DNA from: Eledone cirrhosa
Taxonomy: Eukaryota
Assembly: GCA_964016885.1 (NCBI GenBank)
Contig: OZ024766.1
Location: 9,858,001-9,922,000 of the forward strand
Length of the DNA: 64,000 nt
Direction: 5' to 3'
In this document: positions 40,129-53,194 of the stretch, piece by piece
Layout of the letters: every line of letters begins with the position of its first letter
How positions within the stretch are numbered: position 1 is the stretch's first letter
Made by a program: the position numbers and the translations under genes
Notes under the pieces: model-generated
Database searches by the model: none
What the model was told of the DNA's origin: nothing
The model's input: only the letters and a program-made list of their open reading frames with translations

Positions 40129-40624
40129 ATACTTTGGGAGGGTCATATATATATAGTAATAATAATAAATTTGAAGGCTAAAATCCAAAGAGGGCTCAAT
40201 AAGGATAAATATATATCAAATATATAAGAACCGTAGAGCAAATATTTATTAAAATAACAGATTAAAGTTTAAGCAAAATTCACTGCTTTCACTCTTAATG
40301 GGATCTTCTGTTCAGAAGATCCCATTAAGGGTGAAAGCAGCGATCTTTGCTTAAACTTTAATCAGTTATTTTAATAAATATATATATATATATATATTTC
40401 GTTTCTGAATTTGTTTAGCAAGATTCTTTATCTGAAAACGTGTGTTGAAACCGATATTGTTATACTTTAGGAGGGTCATGTTGCCAATAAGAAACACACG
40501 CACCAGTTGCTTTCACTTCAATTTATTAGAATAAATTTATAAATTTAGGAATTTATAAATTTCCGGTTGGTTGGTTGGTTCCACAACCAGATGGCGTAGG
40601 ACAGAACAAAGAAAAGAATCCCCA

Positions 40625-40667
40625 GTCACTGAAGAGGTCACAGAATGTGTGACGAAAGAACTTTGAC
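40625..40667 (+). ncRNA. Type-I hammerhead motif in the loop of a long palindrome
   Basis: gtca-CTGAAGA-G-GTCACA(GAATG)TGTGAC-GAAA-G(AA)CTT-tgac. Confidence 0.65.
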
Positions 40668-41108
40668 AATATATAAACAATCATCTGGTTGTGGAACCAA
40701 CCGGAAATTTATAAATTCCTAAATTTATAAATTTATTGTAATAAATTGAAGTGAAAGCAACTGGTGCGTGTGTTTCTTATTGGCAACATGACCCTCCCAA
40801 AGTATAACAATATATATATATATATTTCTTCATAGGAGCCTTTATTCTTATAGCCTGGGCTAATTGATTTTTATATGGTTAATTATGCTAATTGGGAGAG
40901 GAAATTGTATATATTTTATCTAATAATTCTAGGGACATGATTTATGATATATATATATATATATATAAGCCAGAATCAGTTCCCGTCTCACCCTTGCAAG
41001 CAGGGAAAAAGCGGACGTAAAATGAAATGATGATGATGAATGATGATGTGTGTGTGTGTGTATATATATATATAGGTGTCATGACAAAAAGCACCCATAT
41101 ATATATGT

Positions 41109-41447
41109 AGGCACATGGCTTAGTGGTTAGAGCATTGGGCTTGCAATCGAAAGGTTGTGAGTTCAATTCTCGGACCGGGTGATGTGTTGTTTCCTTGAGC
41201 AAGACACTTTATTTCACATTGCTCCAGTTTACTCAGCTGTAGAAATGAGATGATAGGGACTGGGGTCCTTATCATTCCACTGTAAAATGGTCGTGGAGGC
41301 GCCACGGCAAAAAAGCACCCAGCACTCACTGTAAATGAGGTTGGTGTTAGGAAGGGCATCCAGCTGTAGAAATCAAGCCAGAATCAGTTCCCGTCCCACC
41401 CTTGCAAGCAGGGAAAAGCGGACGTAAAACGATGATGATGATGATGA
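41109..41447 (+). mobile_element. SINE family A
   Basis: As above. Confidence 0.85.
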
Positions 41448-42589
41448 TATAAAGGATAACAAAATATCGTTATAGGTAATCCAATTACAGGTTGTGAATA
41501 CTTTGTATTATGGGTAGTTTTAGTGTACGGCGTTGTTTGACTCAACAAAAGGTTTACGTAGATGACGAGTTATGATTTCACTTGTATTCCTATGTAAGTT
41601 TATCTTGGAGTAATAAAATTGAAAAAATGGAGAATAACATGGTCAACAGTACAAAAAAGGGGATTTATTTACACTCTAACAATTGTTTCACTGATAGAGT
41701 TAGTTGTCTAAAAATTGCTGACCACTCAATTTTAAATACAATGTTAACTTTATTAGAGTTAACATCATATTTTTGTATATATATATATATATATATATAT
41801 AGTTATGTAATAAACAACATAAGGCAATTATTTCATTTACCAGTGGTTTCTTAAAAGCATAGAGCACTCTTTTTTCCTGGACCTTTCCAACGGAATTACT
41901 TCATATATATATATATATCAAATAAATCTAATCTGAGTTTTTTTAATATTAATAATCACATTCGATTTGTTTGCAATTATGCAAACAAGCCTCAATTTTA
42001 TAGCCATGTCAGTAGAATGAACTCTTCATTCTTGCAGTTCTGTTCGTATGCCAACACAAGAGTAAGAATGAAGTGTTCATTCTACTGACATGGCTATAAA
42101 ATTGAGGCTTGTTTGCATAATTGCAAACGAATCGAATGTTATTATTAATATTCGAAAAACTCAGATTACATTTATTGTATTCAGCCATGTAGAGCGAAAT
42201 TTTCTTTTTTATATATATGTATATATATATATTTGAAAAGCAAAGAAAAGAATGATTTCACTTGTAGTTCTAAACAATTTGATTTAATTTTATAATATTA
42301 TAATATGAGTTGGTAGATCTAGTAAGTTCTTTGTTAACTTCGGTGATAAGATTTTTAAAGATTCCTGGTTAACTTACATATATATATATATATATGTATA
42401 CATGTGTATGTATATATATATATATATATTGTTTCTACTTTAGACACAAGGCCAGCAATTACCCAGTGTATTACTGGTACTTTATTTTATCGACCCCGTA
42501 AGGATGAAAGGCAAAGTCAACCTCGGCATATATATTGAGTCGATCGACTTTCATCAAATCGGACCAAGGAAACAATGTTTCCATTGGTC

Positions 42590-45500
42590 ACATGACCACT
42601 TTACAGTGTGGACTGGGTGCTTTTTGTTGTGACACCTACATGACCACTTTACAGTGTGGACTGGGTGTTTTTTTTGTCATGACACCAACATGACCACTTT
42701 ACAGTGTGGACTGGGTGCTTTTTGTCATGACACCTACATGACCACTTTACAGTGTGGACTGGGTGCTTTTTGTTGTGACACCTACATGACCACTTTACAG
42801 TGTGGACTGGGTGCTTTTTGTTGTGACACCTACATGACCACTTTACAGTGTGGACTGGGTACTTTTTGTTGACACCTACATGACCACTTTACAGTGTGGA
42901 CTGGGTGTTTTTTTTTGTCATGACACCAACATGACCACTTTACAGTGTGGACTGGGTGCTTTTTGTCATGACACCTACATGACCACTTTACAGTGTGGAC
43001 TGGGTGCTTTTTGTTGTGACACCTACATGACCACTTTACAGTGTGGACTGGGTGCTTTTTGTCATGACACCTACATGACCACTTTACAGTGTGGACTGGG
43101 TGCTTTTTGTTGTGACACCTACATGACCACTTTACAGTGTGGACTGGGTGCTTTTTGTTGTGACACCTACATGACCACTTTACAGTGTGGACTGGGTGTT
43201 TTTTTTGTCATGACACCAACATGACCACTTTACAGTGTGGACTGGGTGCTTTTTGTCATGACACCTACATGACCACTTTACAGTGTGGACTGGGTGCTTT
43301 TTGTTGTGACACCTACATGACCACTTTACAGTGTGGACTGGGTGCTTTTTGTTGTGACACCTACATGACCACTTTACAGTGTGGACTGGGTGCTTTTTGT
43401 TGTGACACCTACATGACCACTTTACAGTGTGGACTGGGTGTTTTTTCTGTCATGACACCAACATGACCACTTTACAGTGTGGACTGGGTGCTTTTTGTTG
43501 TGACACCTATATGACCACTTTACAGTGTGGACTGGGTGTTTTTTCTGTCATGACACCATGACCACTTTACAGTGTGGACTGGGTGCTTTTTGTTGTGACA
43601 CCTACATGACCACTTTACAGTGTGGACTGGGTGCTTTTTGTTGTGACACCTACATGACCACTTTACAGTGTGGACTGGGTGCTTTTTGTCATGACACCTA
43701 CATGACCACTTTACAGTGTGGACTGGGTGCTTTTTGTTGTGTCACCTACATGACCACTCTACAGTGTGGACTGGGTGTCTTTTTGTTGTGTCACCTATAT
43801 GACCACTTTACAGTGTGGACTGGGTGTTTTTTCTGTCATGACACCAACATGACCACTTTACAGTGTGGACTGGGTGCTTTTTGTTGTGACACCTACATGA
43901 CCACTTTACAGTGTGGACTGGGTGTCTTTTTGTTGTGTCACCTACATGACCACTCTACAGTGTGGACTGGGTGCTTTTTGTTGTGTCACCTACATGACCA
44001 CTCTACAGTGTGGACTGGGTGTCTTTTTGTTGTGTCACCTACATGACCACTCTACAGTGTGGACTGGGTGCTTTTTGTTGTGTCACCTACATGACCACTC
44101 TACAGTGTGGACTGGGTGTCTTTTTGTTGTGACACCTACATGACCACTTTACAGTGTGGACTGGGTGCTTTTTGTTGTGACACCTACATGACCACTTTAC
44201 AGTGTGGACTGGGTGTTTTTTTTGTCATGACACCAACATGACCACTTTACAGTGTGGACTGGGTGCTTTTTGTCATGACACCTACATGACCACTTTACAG
44301 TGGGGACTGGGTACTTTTTGTCGTGACACCTACATGACCACTTTACAGTGTAGACTGGGTGCTTCTTGTTGTGACACCTACATGACCACTTTACAGTGTG
44401 GACTGGGTGCTTTTTGTTGTGACACCTACATGACCACTTTACAGTGTGGACTGGGTGTTTTTTCTGTCATGACACCAACATGACCACTTTACAGTGTGGA
44501 CTGGGTGCTTTTTGTTGTGACACCTACATGACCACTTTACAGTGTGGACTGGGTGCTTTTTGTCATGACACCTAAATGACCACTTTACAGTGTGGACTGG
44601 GTGCTTCTTGTTGTGACACCTACATGACCACTATACAGTGTGGACTGGGTGTCTTTTTGTTGTGACACCTACATGACCACTTTACAGTGTGGACTGGGTA
44701 CTTTTTGTCGTGACACCTACATGACCACTTTACAGTGTAGACTGGGTGCTTCTTGTTGTGTCACCTACATGACCACTTTACAGTATGGACTGGGTGCTTT
44801 TTGTTGTGACACCTACATGACCACTTTACAGTGTGGACTGGGTGTTTTTTCTGTCATGACACCAACATGACCACTTTACAGTGTGGACTGGGTGCTTTTT
44901 GTTGTGACACCTATATGACCACTTTACAGTGTGGACTGGGTGGTTTTTGTCATGACACCTACATGACCACTTTACAGTGTGGACTGGGTGTCTTTTTGTC
45001 GTGACACCTACATGACCACTTTACAGTATGGACTGGGTGCTTTTTGTTGTGACACCTACATGACCACTTTACAGTGTGGACTGGGTGCTTTTTGTTGTGA
45101 CACCTACATGACCACTTTACAGTGTGGACTGGGTGTTTTTTTTGTCATGACACCAACATGACCACTTTACAGTGTGGACTGGGTGCTTTTTGTTGTGACA
45201 CCTACATGACCACTTTACAGTGTGGACTGGGTGCTTTTTGTTGTGACACCTACATGACCACTTTACAGTGTGGACTGGGTGTTTTTTTTGTCATGACACC
45301 AACATGACCACTTTACAGTGTGGACTGGGTGCTTTTTGTTGTGACACCTACATGACCACTCTACAGTGTGGACTGGGTGCTTTTTGTCATGACACCTACA
45401 TGACCACTTTACAGTGTGGACTGGGTGTTTTTTGTCATGACACCTACATGACCACTCTACAGTGTGGACTGGGTGTCTTTTTGTCATGACACCTACACAA

Positions 45501-46425
45501 CCACTTTACAGGGTGGACTGGGTGCTTTTTGTCATGACACCTACATGACCACTTTACAGTGTGGACTGGGTGTTTTTTTTGTCATGACACCAACATGACC
45601 ACTTTACAGTGTGGACTGGGTGCTTTTTGTCATGACACCTACATGACCACTCTACAGTGTGGACTGGGTGCTTTTTGTCATGACACCTACATGACCACTC
45701 TACAGTGTGGACTGGGTGCTTTTTGTCATGACACCTACATGACCACTTTACAGTGTGGACTGGGTGTTTTTTTTGTCATGACACCAACATGACCACTTTA
45801 CAGTGTGGACTGGGTGCTTTTTGTCATGACACCTACATGACCACTCTACAGTGTGGACTGGGTGCTTTTTGTCATGACACCTACATGACCACTCTACAGT
45901 GTGGACTGGGTGCTTTTTGTCATGACACCTACATGACCACTTTACAGTGTGGACTGGGTGCTTTTTGTCATGACACCTACATGACCACTCTACAGTGTGG
46001 ACTGGGTGTTTTTTGTCATGACACCTACATGACCACTCTACAGTGTGGACTGGGTGCTTTTTGTCATGACACCAACATGACCACTTTACAGTGTGGACTG
46101 GGTGCTTTTTGTTGTGACACCAACATGACCACTTTACAGTGTGGACTGGGTGCTTTTTGTCATGACACCTACATGACCACTCTACAGTGTGGACTGGGTA
46201 CTTTTTGTCAGGACACCAACATGACCACTTTACAGTGTGGACTGGGTGCTTTTTGTCATGACACCAACATGACCACTTTACAGTGTGGACTGGGTGCTTT
46301 TTGTCATGACACCTACATGACCACTTTACAGTGTGGACTGGGTGCTTTTTGTTGTGTCACCTACATGACCACACTACAGTGTGGACTGGGTGTCTTTTTG
46401 TCATGACACCTACACGACCACTTTA
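42590..46425. repeat. ~3.8-kb 48-bp SINE-related minisatellite
   Basis: Unit catgaccactttacagtgtggactgggtgctttttgttgtgacaccta; ends about 75 bp from the exon 1 donor. Confidence 0.95.
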
Positions 46426-46501
46426 AAAATGGGGTAAAATATATGAAAAACAGCGAGGACTTTCTCCTCCAACTTAATCTAGATAAAATAGAGAGACTTA
46501 C

Positions 46502-46602
46502 TTTTTGATGGCGACTAGCTGCGCGGTGTCTTGCTTCCTGGCCAGGATCACACTACCGTAAGTACCGTCTCCTAGCTTCTTGATGAACTGGTATTGATCC
46601 AT
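46502..46602 (-). CDS. MAK: MAK/ICK(CILK1)-family kinase, coding exon 1 (MDQYQFIKKLGDGTYGSVILARKQDTAQLVAIK)
   Basis: Minus-strand translation gives the Gly-loop GDGTYG and VAIK; ends at a gtaagt donor (phase 2). An in-frame upstream ATG at 46623 would add MPLLVPI. The symbol denotes the MAK/CILK1 family, not proven 1:1 orthology. Confidence 0.95.
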
Positions 46603-47652
46603 AATTGGTACTAGTAAGGGCATGCTCTGGTGGTGACTGGATGGTTGTGGTGGTGAAGATTATTGCTGTGGTTGTAGTGGTGTGGTGGTGGTGAAGTTTA
46701 TTGCTATGGTTGTAGTGGTGTGGTGGTGGTGGTAGTGGTGAAGTTTATTGCTATGGTTGTAGTGGTATAGTAGTAGAGGTGTGGTGGTGACTGGATGGTC
46801 GCGACGATATGGTTGATACTAGTGGTGGCATGGATTATAGTTGTGGTTATAGTGTGTGTTAGTAGTGGTGTGGTGGTGAAGATTATTGCTATGGTTGTAG
46901 TGGTGTGGTGGTGAAGATTATTGCTATGGTTGTAGTGGTGTGGTGGTGAAGATTATTGCTATGGTTGTAGTGGTGTGGTGGTGACTGGATGGTCGCAACG
47001 ATATGGTTGATACTAGTAGTGGCGAGGACTATGGCTGTGGTTATAGTGTGTGGTAGTATTGCTGTAGAGGTAGTGGTATGTTGGTTGAGATGATATTCGT
47101 GGTGGTGGTGGTGGTGGTAGTGCTAGGACGGTAGTCGCAGTACTAGGACGGACGTGTTAGGTGGTAGTGTTAGGACGGTAGTAGTAGCAGCAGTGGTTGT
47201 GTTAGGATGGTAGTGTTAAAACGGCCGTGGTGTATGATGGTTGTGATGGTGTAGGGTGGCATACGATGGTATAGGTGGTGGGGCTGGGGGTGTTAGGACG
47301 GATATGTGATGATACTGTGGTGGTGGTGGTGGTGGCAATGGTTGTAGGATGGTTATGTAATGGTATGGTGATGGTAGTGATGTTGGTGGTGGTGGTAGGA
47401 TGGTTATGTAATGGTATGGCACTGGTGATGATGTTGATGGTGGTGGTGGTGGTGTTGGTGGTGGTGAGGTTGGTGGTAGTGGTGTTGGTGAGGTTGATGA
47501 TAGTGAGGTTGGTGGTAGTGGTGTTGGTGGTGGTGGTGAGGTTGGAGGTAGTGTTGGTGGTGGTGGTAGTGGTGGTGTTGGTGGTGTTGGTGGTGGTGGT
47601 AGTGGTGGTGTTGGTGGTGGTGTTGGAAAAGAGTGTGTACTGTGGGAGGAGG

Positions 47653-47694
<42 letters not shown>

Positions 47695-48344
47695 CAGACA
47701 GAGAGAGGGAGAAAGATAGAAAGAAAGATAGAAAGAAAATGAAAAAGAGAGAAAAATTAGTTTGTAATTATGTGTGTGTGTGTATATGTAAATATAAATA
47801 GATATATATATGTGTATGTGTATATATATATATAAATGTGTGTATATATATATATATAAATGTGTGTATATATATATATAGTGTGTATATATATATATAT
47901 AGTGTGTATATATATATATAAATGTGTGTATATATATATATAAATGTGTGTATATATATATATAGTGTGTATATATATATATAAATGTGTGTGTATGTGT
48001 ATATATATATATATATAAATGTGTGTATATATATATATAAATGTGTGTATATATATATATAAATGTGTGTATATATATATATAGTGTGTATATATATATA
48101 TAAATGTGTGTGTATGTGTATATATATATATATAAATGTGTGTATATATATATATATAAATGCGTGTGTATGTGTATATATATATATATAAATGTGTGTA
48201 TATATATATATATAAATGTGTGTATATATATATATATAAATGTGTGTGTATGTGTATATATATATATAAATGTGTGTATATATATATATATAAATGTGTG
48301 TGTATGTGTATATATATATATATAAATGTGTTGAGTGTGTAACA

Positions 48345-48730
48345 CGTAGAGACACCTAGTGGTGTCTGCTGCAATTAAAATTCAAATTCAAATAGAAAAA
48401 GGAAGAGAGGGGGGTGGAGGGGGAGGGGAAGAGAGACACACGGGGGAAGAGGAGAAGGATGGAGGACGGAGGGCTCCGACGACAGGTGGCGGCGGTGTGG
48501 TGGTGGTGTGGCTGTGGTGGTGGTGGTGGGGCCGCTCGCACAAGCACGTGTCTCCTACCCCCCGCACCGACGAAGAAGAGAGATCGCGGCAGCAGTCGCA
48601 GTGGACGGGTTGTTGATGACGAGCAGAGCTGAGGCACCGGAATCGCAATGGGTGCTTCGGCAGCCCATAGCCGGTGTGACGTGTGACCCTAGTCCAGTTC
48701 AAACTCGAGCAGAGACATCAACCCATGAGC
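48345..48730 (-). promoter_or_regulatory. Candidate promoter / non-coding first exon of the kinase gene
   Basis: Non-repetitive GC/CpG-rich island about 1.8 kb upstream of the ATG; TGACGT motif near 48677; possible donor gg|gtagga near 48558. Inference only. Confidence 0.4.
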
Positions 48731-48734
48731 AACC

Positions 48735-49185
48735 TGAAAAATATTTAAAAAAAAAAAAAAAACATGTCTGAGAAATATGTTTGAAAAAAAACATGTCTGA
48801 AAAATATGTTTGAAAAAAAACATGTCTGAAAAATGTTTGAAAAAAAACGTCTGAAAAATATGTTTGAAAAAAAACATGTCTGAAAAATGTTTGAAAAAAA
48901 AACGTCTGAAAAATATGTTTGAAAAAAAAACATGTCTGAAAAATATGTTTGAAAAAAAACGTCTGAAAAATATGTTTGAAAAAAGACATGTCTGAAAAAT
49001 ATGTTTGAAAAAAAAGTCTGAAAAATAAAAAAAAATAAAACATGTCTGAGAAATATGTTTAAAAAAAAACATGTCTGAAAAATATGTTTCAAAAAAAACG
49101 TCTGAAAAATATGTTTGAAAAAAAACATGTCTGAAAAATATGTTTGAAAAAAAACGTCTGAAAAATATAAAAAAACAAAAAAATA
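48735..49185. repeat. A-rich ~29-bp minisatellite (aaaacatgtctgaaaaatatgtttgaaaa)
   Basis: Direct reading; abuts the GC island. Confidence 0.9.
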
Positions 49186-50299
49186 TTTGTCTGAGGAGGA
49201 CATGTTCTGGTTTATGTTATACATATATCGAGAGAGGGGGGCGGGCTATATAGAAAAGGCTTCTACAGGACAAGAACTTTTCCATTCCTTGATGATTTCA
49301 TACGAATGCAACAGTTGTAGCCATGTAAGAGCCTTTTTTTTATATATAAACCTCTGTCGTCACTCTACATACGTTTTGAGTACCTTATTTCTTATTTTCT
49401 GTGGTTATCCCCTACTCAATACACACACACACACAAATGGATTTAGATGGGAGTTGTCCCACTTGAGGCAAGGTTGGTCGGGTGACCGTGTCTCACTCGT
49501 ATAGGACTGTATCTGGCAGGTTTTTCTATGGCTGGATGCCCTTCCTAACACCAACCACATTTACAGTGTGGACTGGGACCTTTTTACCGTGTCACCTACA
49601 CGGCCCCATTACAGCGTGGACTGGGAGCTTTTTACCGTATCACCTACACGGCCACATTACAGTGTGGACTGGGACCTTTTTACCGTGTCACCTACACGAC
49701 CACATTACAGAGTGGACTGGGAGCTTTTTACCGTGTCACCTACACGACCACATTACAGAGTGGACTGGGAGCTTTTTACCGTATCACCTACACGGCCACA
49801 TTACAGTGTGGACTGGGAGCTTTTTACCGTGTCACCTACACGACCACATTACAGTGTGGACTGGGAGCTTTTTACCGTGTCACCTACACGACCACATTAC
49901 AGAGTGGACTGGGAACTTTTTACCGTGTCACCTACACGGCCACATTACAGCATGGACTGGGTGTTTTCTTTTGTTGTGACACCTACACAAACTCATAATA
50001 AAGTAAGGAGTGCGGGACTGCGTACAGAATATATTTTTTTACCCCGTTTGTAAAATAAGTTGGATTACTTTGAATAAATAATTGTTTCTACTTTAGGCAC
50101 AAGGCCAGCAAATACCCAGTGCATTATTGGTACTTTATTTTATCGACCCCGTAAGGATGAAAGGCAAAGTTAACCTCAGCGGGATTTGAACTCAGAACGT
50201 AAAGGGCCCCAACTCTTTGCCGCAAAGCATGGCGTCCGACCCTCTACCGATACTATCAATCCACTTTGAATAAATAATGAATGAATATTACATAATTTA

Positions 50300-50944
50300 T
50301 CTACTAATTCTAAATTTCGTAGCTGTTAATTAGACATAAATATTCTTATATATAATAATTGTTTCTACATTTTGGCACAAGGCCAGCAATTACCTCCAGT
50401 ACATTACTGGTACTTTATTTTATCGACCCCGTAAGGATGAAAGGTAAAGTTAACCTCGGCGGGATTTGAACACAGACCATAAAGGGGCGAAACTCTATGC
50501 GTCAAAGCATGGCGTCCGACCCTCTACCGATACTGCTATTTATTTTAAGATTCACTTCTTTTAAAATTTTCAAATGTCTACACTTCCAGTTAGCGTCCGT
50601 TATATCATAACACTTATTACATCGCTTATATAAACATTATATACTTGTATCGTTGTATAAGGTTTCATTACATTTCACCGTAATGCAGTTTATATATAAT
50701 ATCGTCTTTTTTATTTAAATGCATCATGGATTACTTTACTGATTACATAAGACAGTGTAACACAGTCTCTCTTCAATTTCTGTGTATATTGTCAATTATG
50801 AATTTATTTGACATACCATATCTACATGTATATATATTACATCTACATGTGCCATATCTACATGTATATATATTTGTGTATAATATCAATATGCACACTA
50901 TACATGCCAGCAGAAAAACCACCAGAAGGGTGGTTTTCTGCTAG
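50300..50944 (+). mobile_element. Putative non-autonomous Helitron with a nested family-B SINE
   Basis: A|TC start, terminal hairpin cagaaaaaccacc..ggtggttttctg, CTAG|T end; 5' part shared with 15815-15980. Confidence 0.5.
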
Positions 50945-50949
50945 TATAT

Positions 50950-51271
50950 ATCATCATTTCATTTTACGTCCGCTTTTTCCCTGCTTGCAAGGGTGGGACG
51001 GGAACTGATTCTGGCTGGATGCCCTTCCTAACACCAACCTCATTTACAGTGAGTGCTGGGTGCTTTTTTGCCATGGCACCTCCACGACCACTTTGCAGTG
51101 GAATGATAGGGACCCCAGTCCCTATCATCTCATTTCTACAGCTGAGTAAACTGGAGCAATGTGAAATAAAGTGTCTTGCTCAAGGAAACAACACATCACC
51201 GGGTCTGAGAATTGAACTCACAACCTTTCGATTGCAAGGCCAATGCTCTAACCACTAAGCCATGTGCCTCC
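50950..51271 (-). mobile_element. SINE family A
   Basis: As above. Confidence 0.85.
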
Positions 51272-51403
51272 ACTTATATAATAAAATAAATAGAGATGAT
51301 ATAATGCAGTCACGGGCAACCTGCAGCCCACGAAGCTTTCTGAATGGCTTGCCTAAGCCACCTAAGTGAAACCTTTCTGATTTCTTTACATATACATATA
51401 TAA

Positions 51404-51476
51404 TTTCATTCTGATGAGCGATTCCAGACGTCTGTGTCGAGCTCGGCTGTCTTCGTGAAACCTTTGGTAAATGGAA
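51404..51476 (+). ncRNA. Type-I hammerhead motif with long stem II
   Basis: tttcatt-CTGATGA(51411)-GCGA...TCGT-GAAA(51457)-CC(TTT)G-GTA-aatggaa. Confidence 0.7.
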
Positions 51477-51953
51477 TAATTGTCTCATGTTGTTTATTAC
51501 ATAACTATATATATATATATATATAAATTATAAAAAAACATGTATCTGAAGACAGCATATATATGTGAAGGTATGTATATTCTCTCTGATAGTTTGTATA
51601 ATTTTGTACATAGATCTTTTGAATATGCATACCAATTCTAACACATATATGTCCTAAAAACGATCGTAAAATAATGAACTTTTTTTGTTTAATATAAGGA
51701 ACTGTTTCTTTGTTTATTCATTATTTTTTTTATATTTTATCTTGACTCTGTATTCCGTTTATCTTTCATCGAAAGTGATTTTTGAATGCATCTCTTCTTT
51801 TCATGATATCCGGATTACATTGAGTTCTACATACGGATTGGACACTACCGTAAACTCTTGGTAGATTTATCTACATATATATATATATATGTCCCAAGGC
51901 TCTGATCCCATCAACACTATACACACAGAGCTGGCATATCTAAGAACTGACTA

Positions 51954-52009
51954 ACTGCCTGATGAGGTCATAGCCATTCAATGGCTATCATCGAAATATA
52001 TATAGCAGT
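51954..52009 (+). ncRNA. Type-I hammerhead ribozyme motif
   Basis: actgc-CTGATGA-GGTC-ATAGCCAT(TCA)ATGGCTAT-CATC-GAAA-TATAT-ATA-gcagt; stems I and II pair well, minimal AT-palindromic stem III. Confidence 0.8.
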
Positions 52010-53129
52010 AAATAAAGGATTATGACTTCATGCAATTGACTTATGTTTCGTCACTATATATATCATCATCACCGTTTTACGCCCGTTCTTCCACGCTAGC
52101 ATGGGTTAGACGGGTTGTCCTGTTGTGGGCAGTGTCTGGTCGGCTGACCATGCCTTGCTCATACAGGAACTGATTTGGCTTGATTTCTACAGCTGGGTGC
52201 CCTTCCTAACACCAACCTCATTTACAGTAACTGCTGGGTGCTTTTTCGTGGCGCCTACACGTCCACTTTACAGTGTGGGCTGGGTGCTTTTTTGTCGTGG
52301 CACCTCTACGACCACCTTGCAGTGGGAGGGTGTGGGGGCATATTGTCTATATGCTTCAGCTTGTACCCATGGGAGGTCGGGTACTCTGTATTACTGCGTG
52401 ACGCCAGAGGTCACGGTCGTGTGTCATCGCCTTTGAGAGGTGTAATTGGGTAAGGTCAGCTTTTATCACCTCATCCCAGGTCATCTTGGGTCTCCCCACT
52501 CCACGGTTTCCATCGACTTCTAGTGCTCTGCACCTTTTTATGCAGCTGTCATCCTTCATACGCATCACATGTCCATACCAGCGCAACCGCCTCTCCTGCA
52601 CACAGCATTATATATATATATATATGTTTAAATTTAGTGGTTCACCAGTGGGTAGAATTGGTCATTTTGCAATGTTTACCATGATGTAATAGTAGGAAAG
52701 CACTCAATGTTATGCAACTCATCCATCTTTGATGTTGAATCCTGTCTTTTTACTCTATAATATAATATAATATCTATATATACACACACATATATATATA
52801 TATATATACACTGTAAACGTGGTTGGTGTCACGAAGGGCATCCAGCCATAGAAAACCTGCCAGACAGTCCTACACGAGCAAGACAACCAATCTTGCCTCA
52901 AGTGGGACAATTCCCGTCTTAACCCATGCTAGCATGGGAGATAGACATTAAATGATGATGATGATATATATGTATATATATATATATATATACGATATTA
53001 ACAAATGGAAACTATATTTATAAAACCATATCTATTTTATTATACATATTTCAAGGATACCATGTTAAATTATGGTGTGCCTTCATCAAAGGGTATGTCA
53101 ATGTTTATTTATAAAACTGGTATATATTA

Positions 53130-53194
53130 TATTTTGTCTGATGAAAGCACACCATAATTTAACATGGTATCCTTGAAATATGTATAATAAAATA
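53130..53194 (+). ncRNA. Type-I hammerhead ribozyme motif
   Basis: tattttgt-CTGATGA(53138)-AAG..ACCAT(AATTTAAC)ATGGT..CTT-GAAA(53175)-TATGT-ATA-ataaaata. Confidence 0.7.

Noticed and set aside
48648-48668. RFX X-box expected for a ciliary gene
   Set aside because: ggtgcttcggcagc has too many mismatches to GTTGCCATGGCAAC to call by eye.
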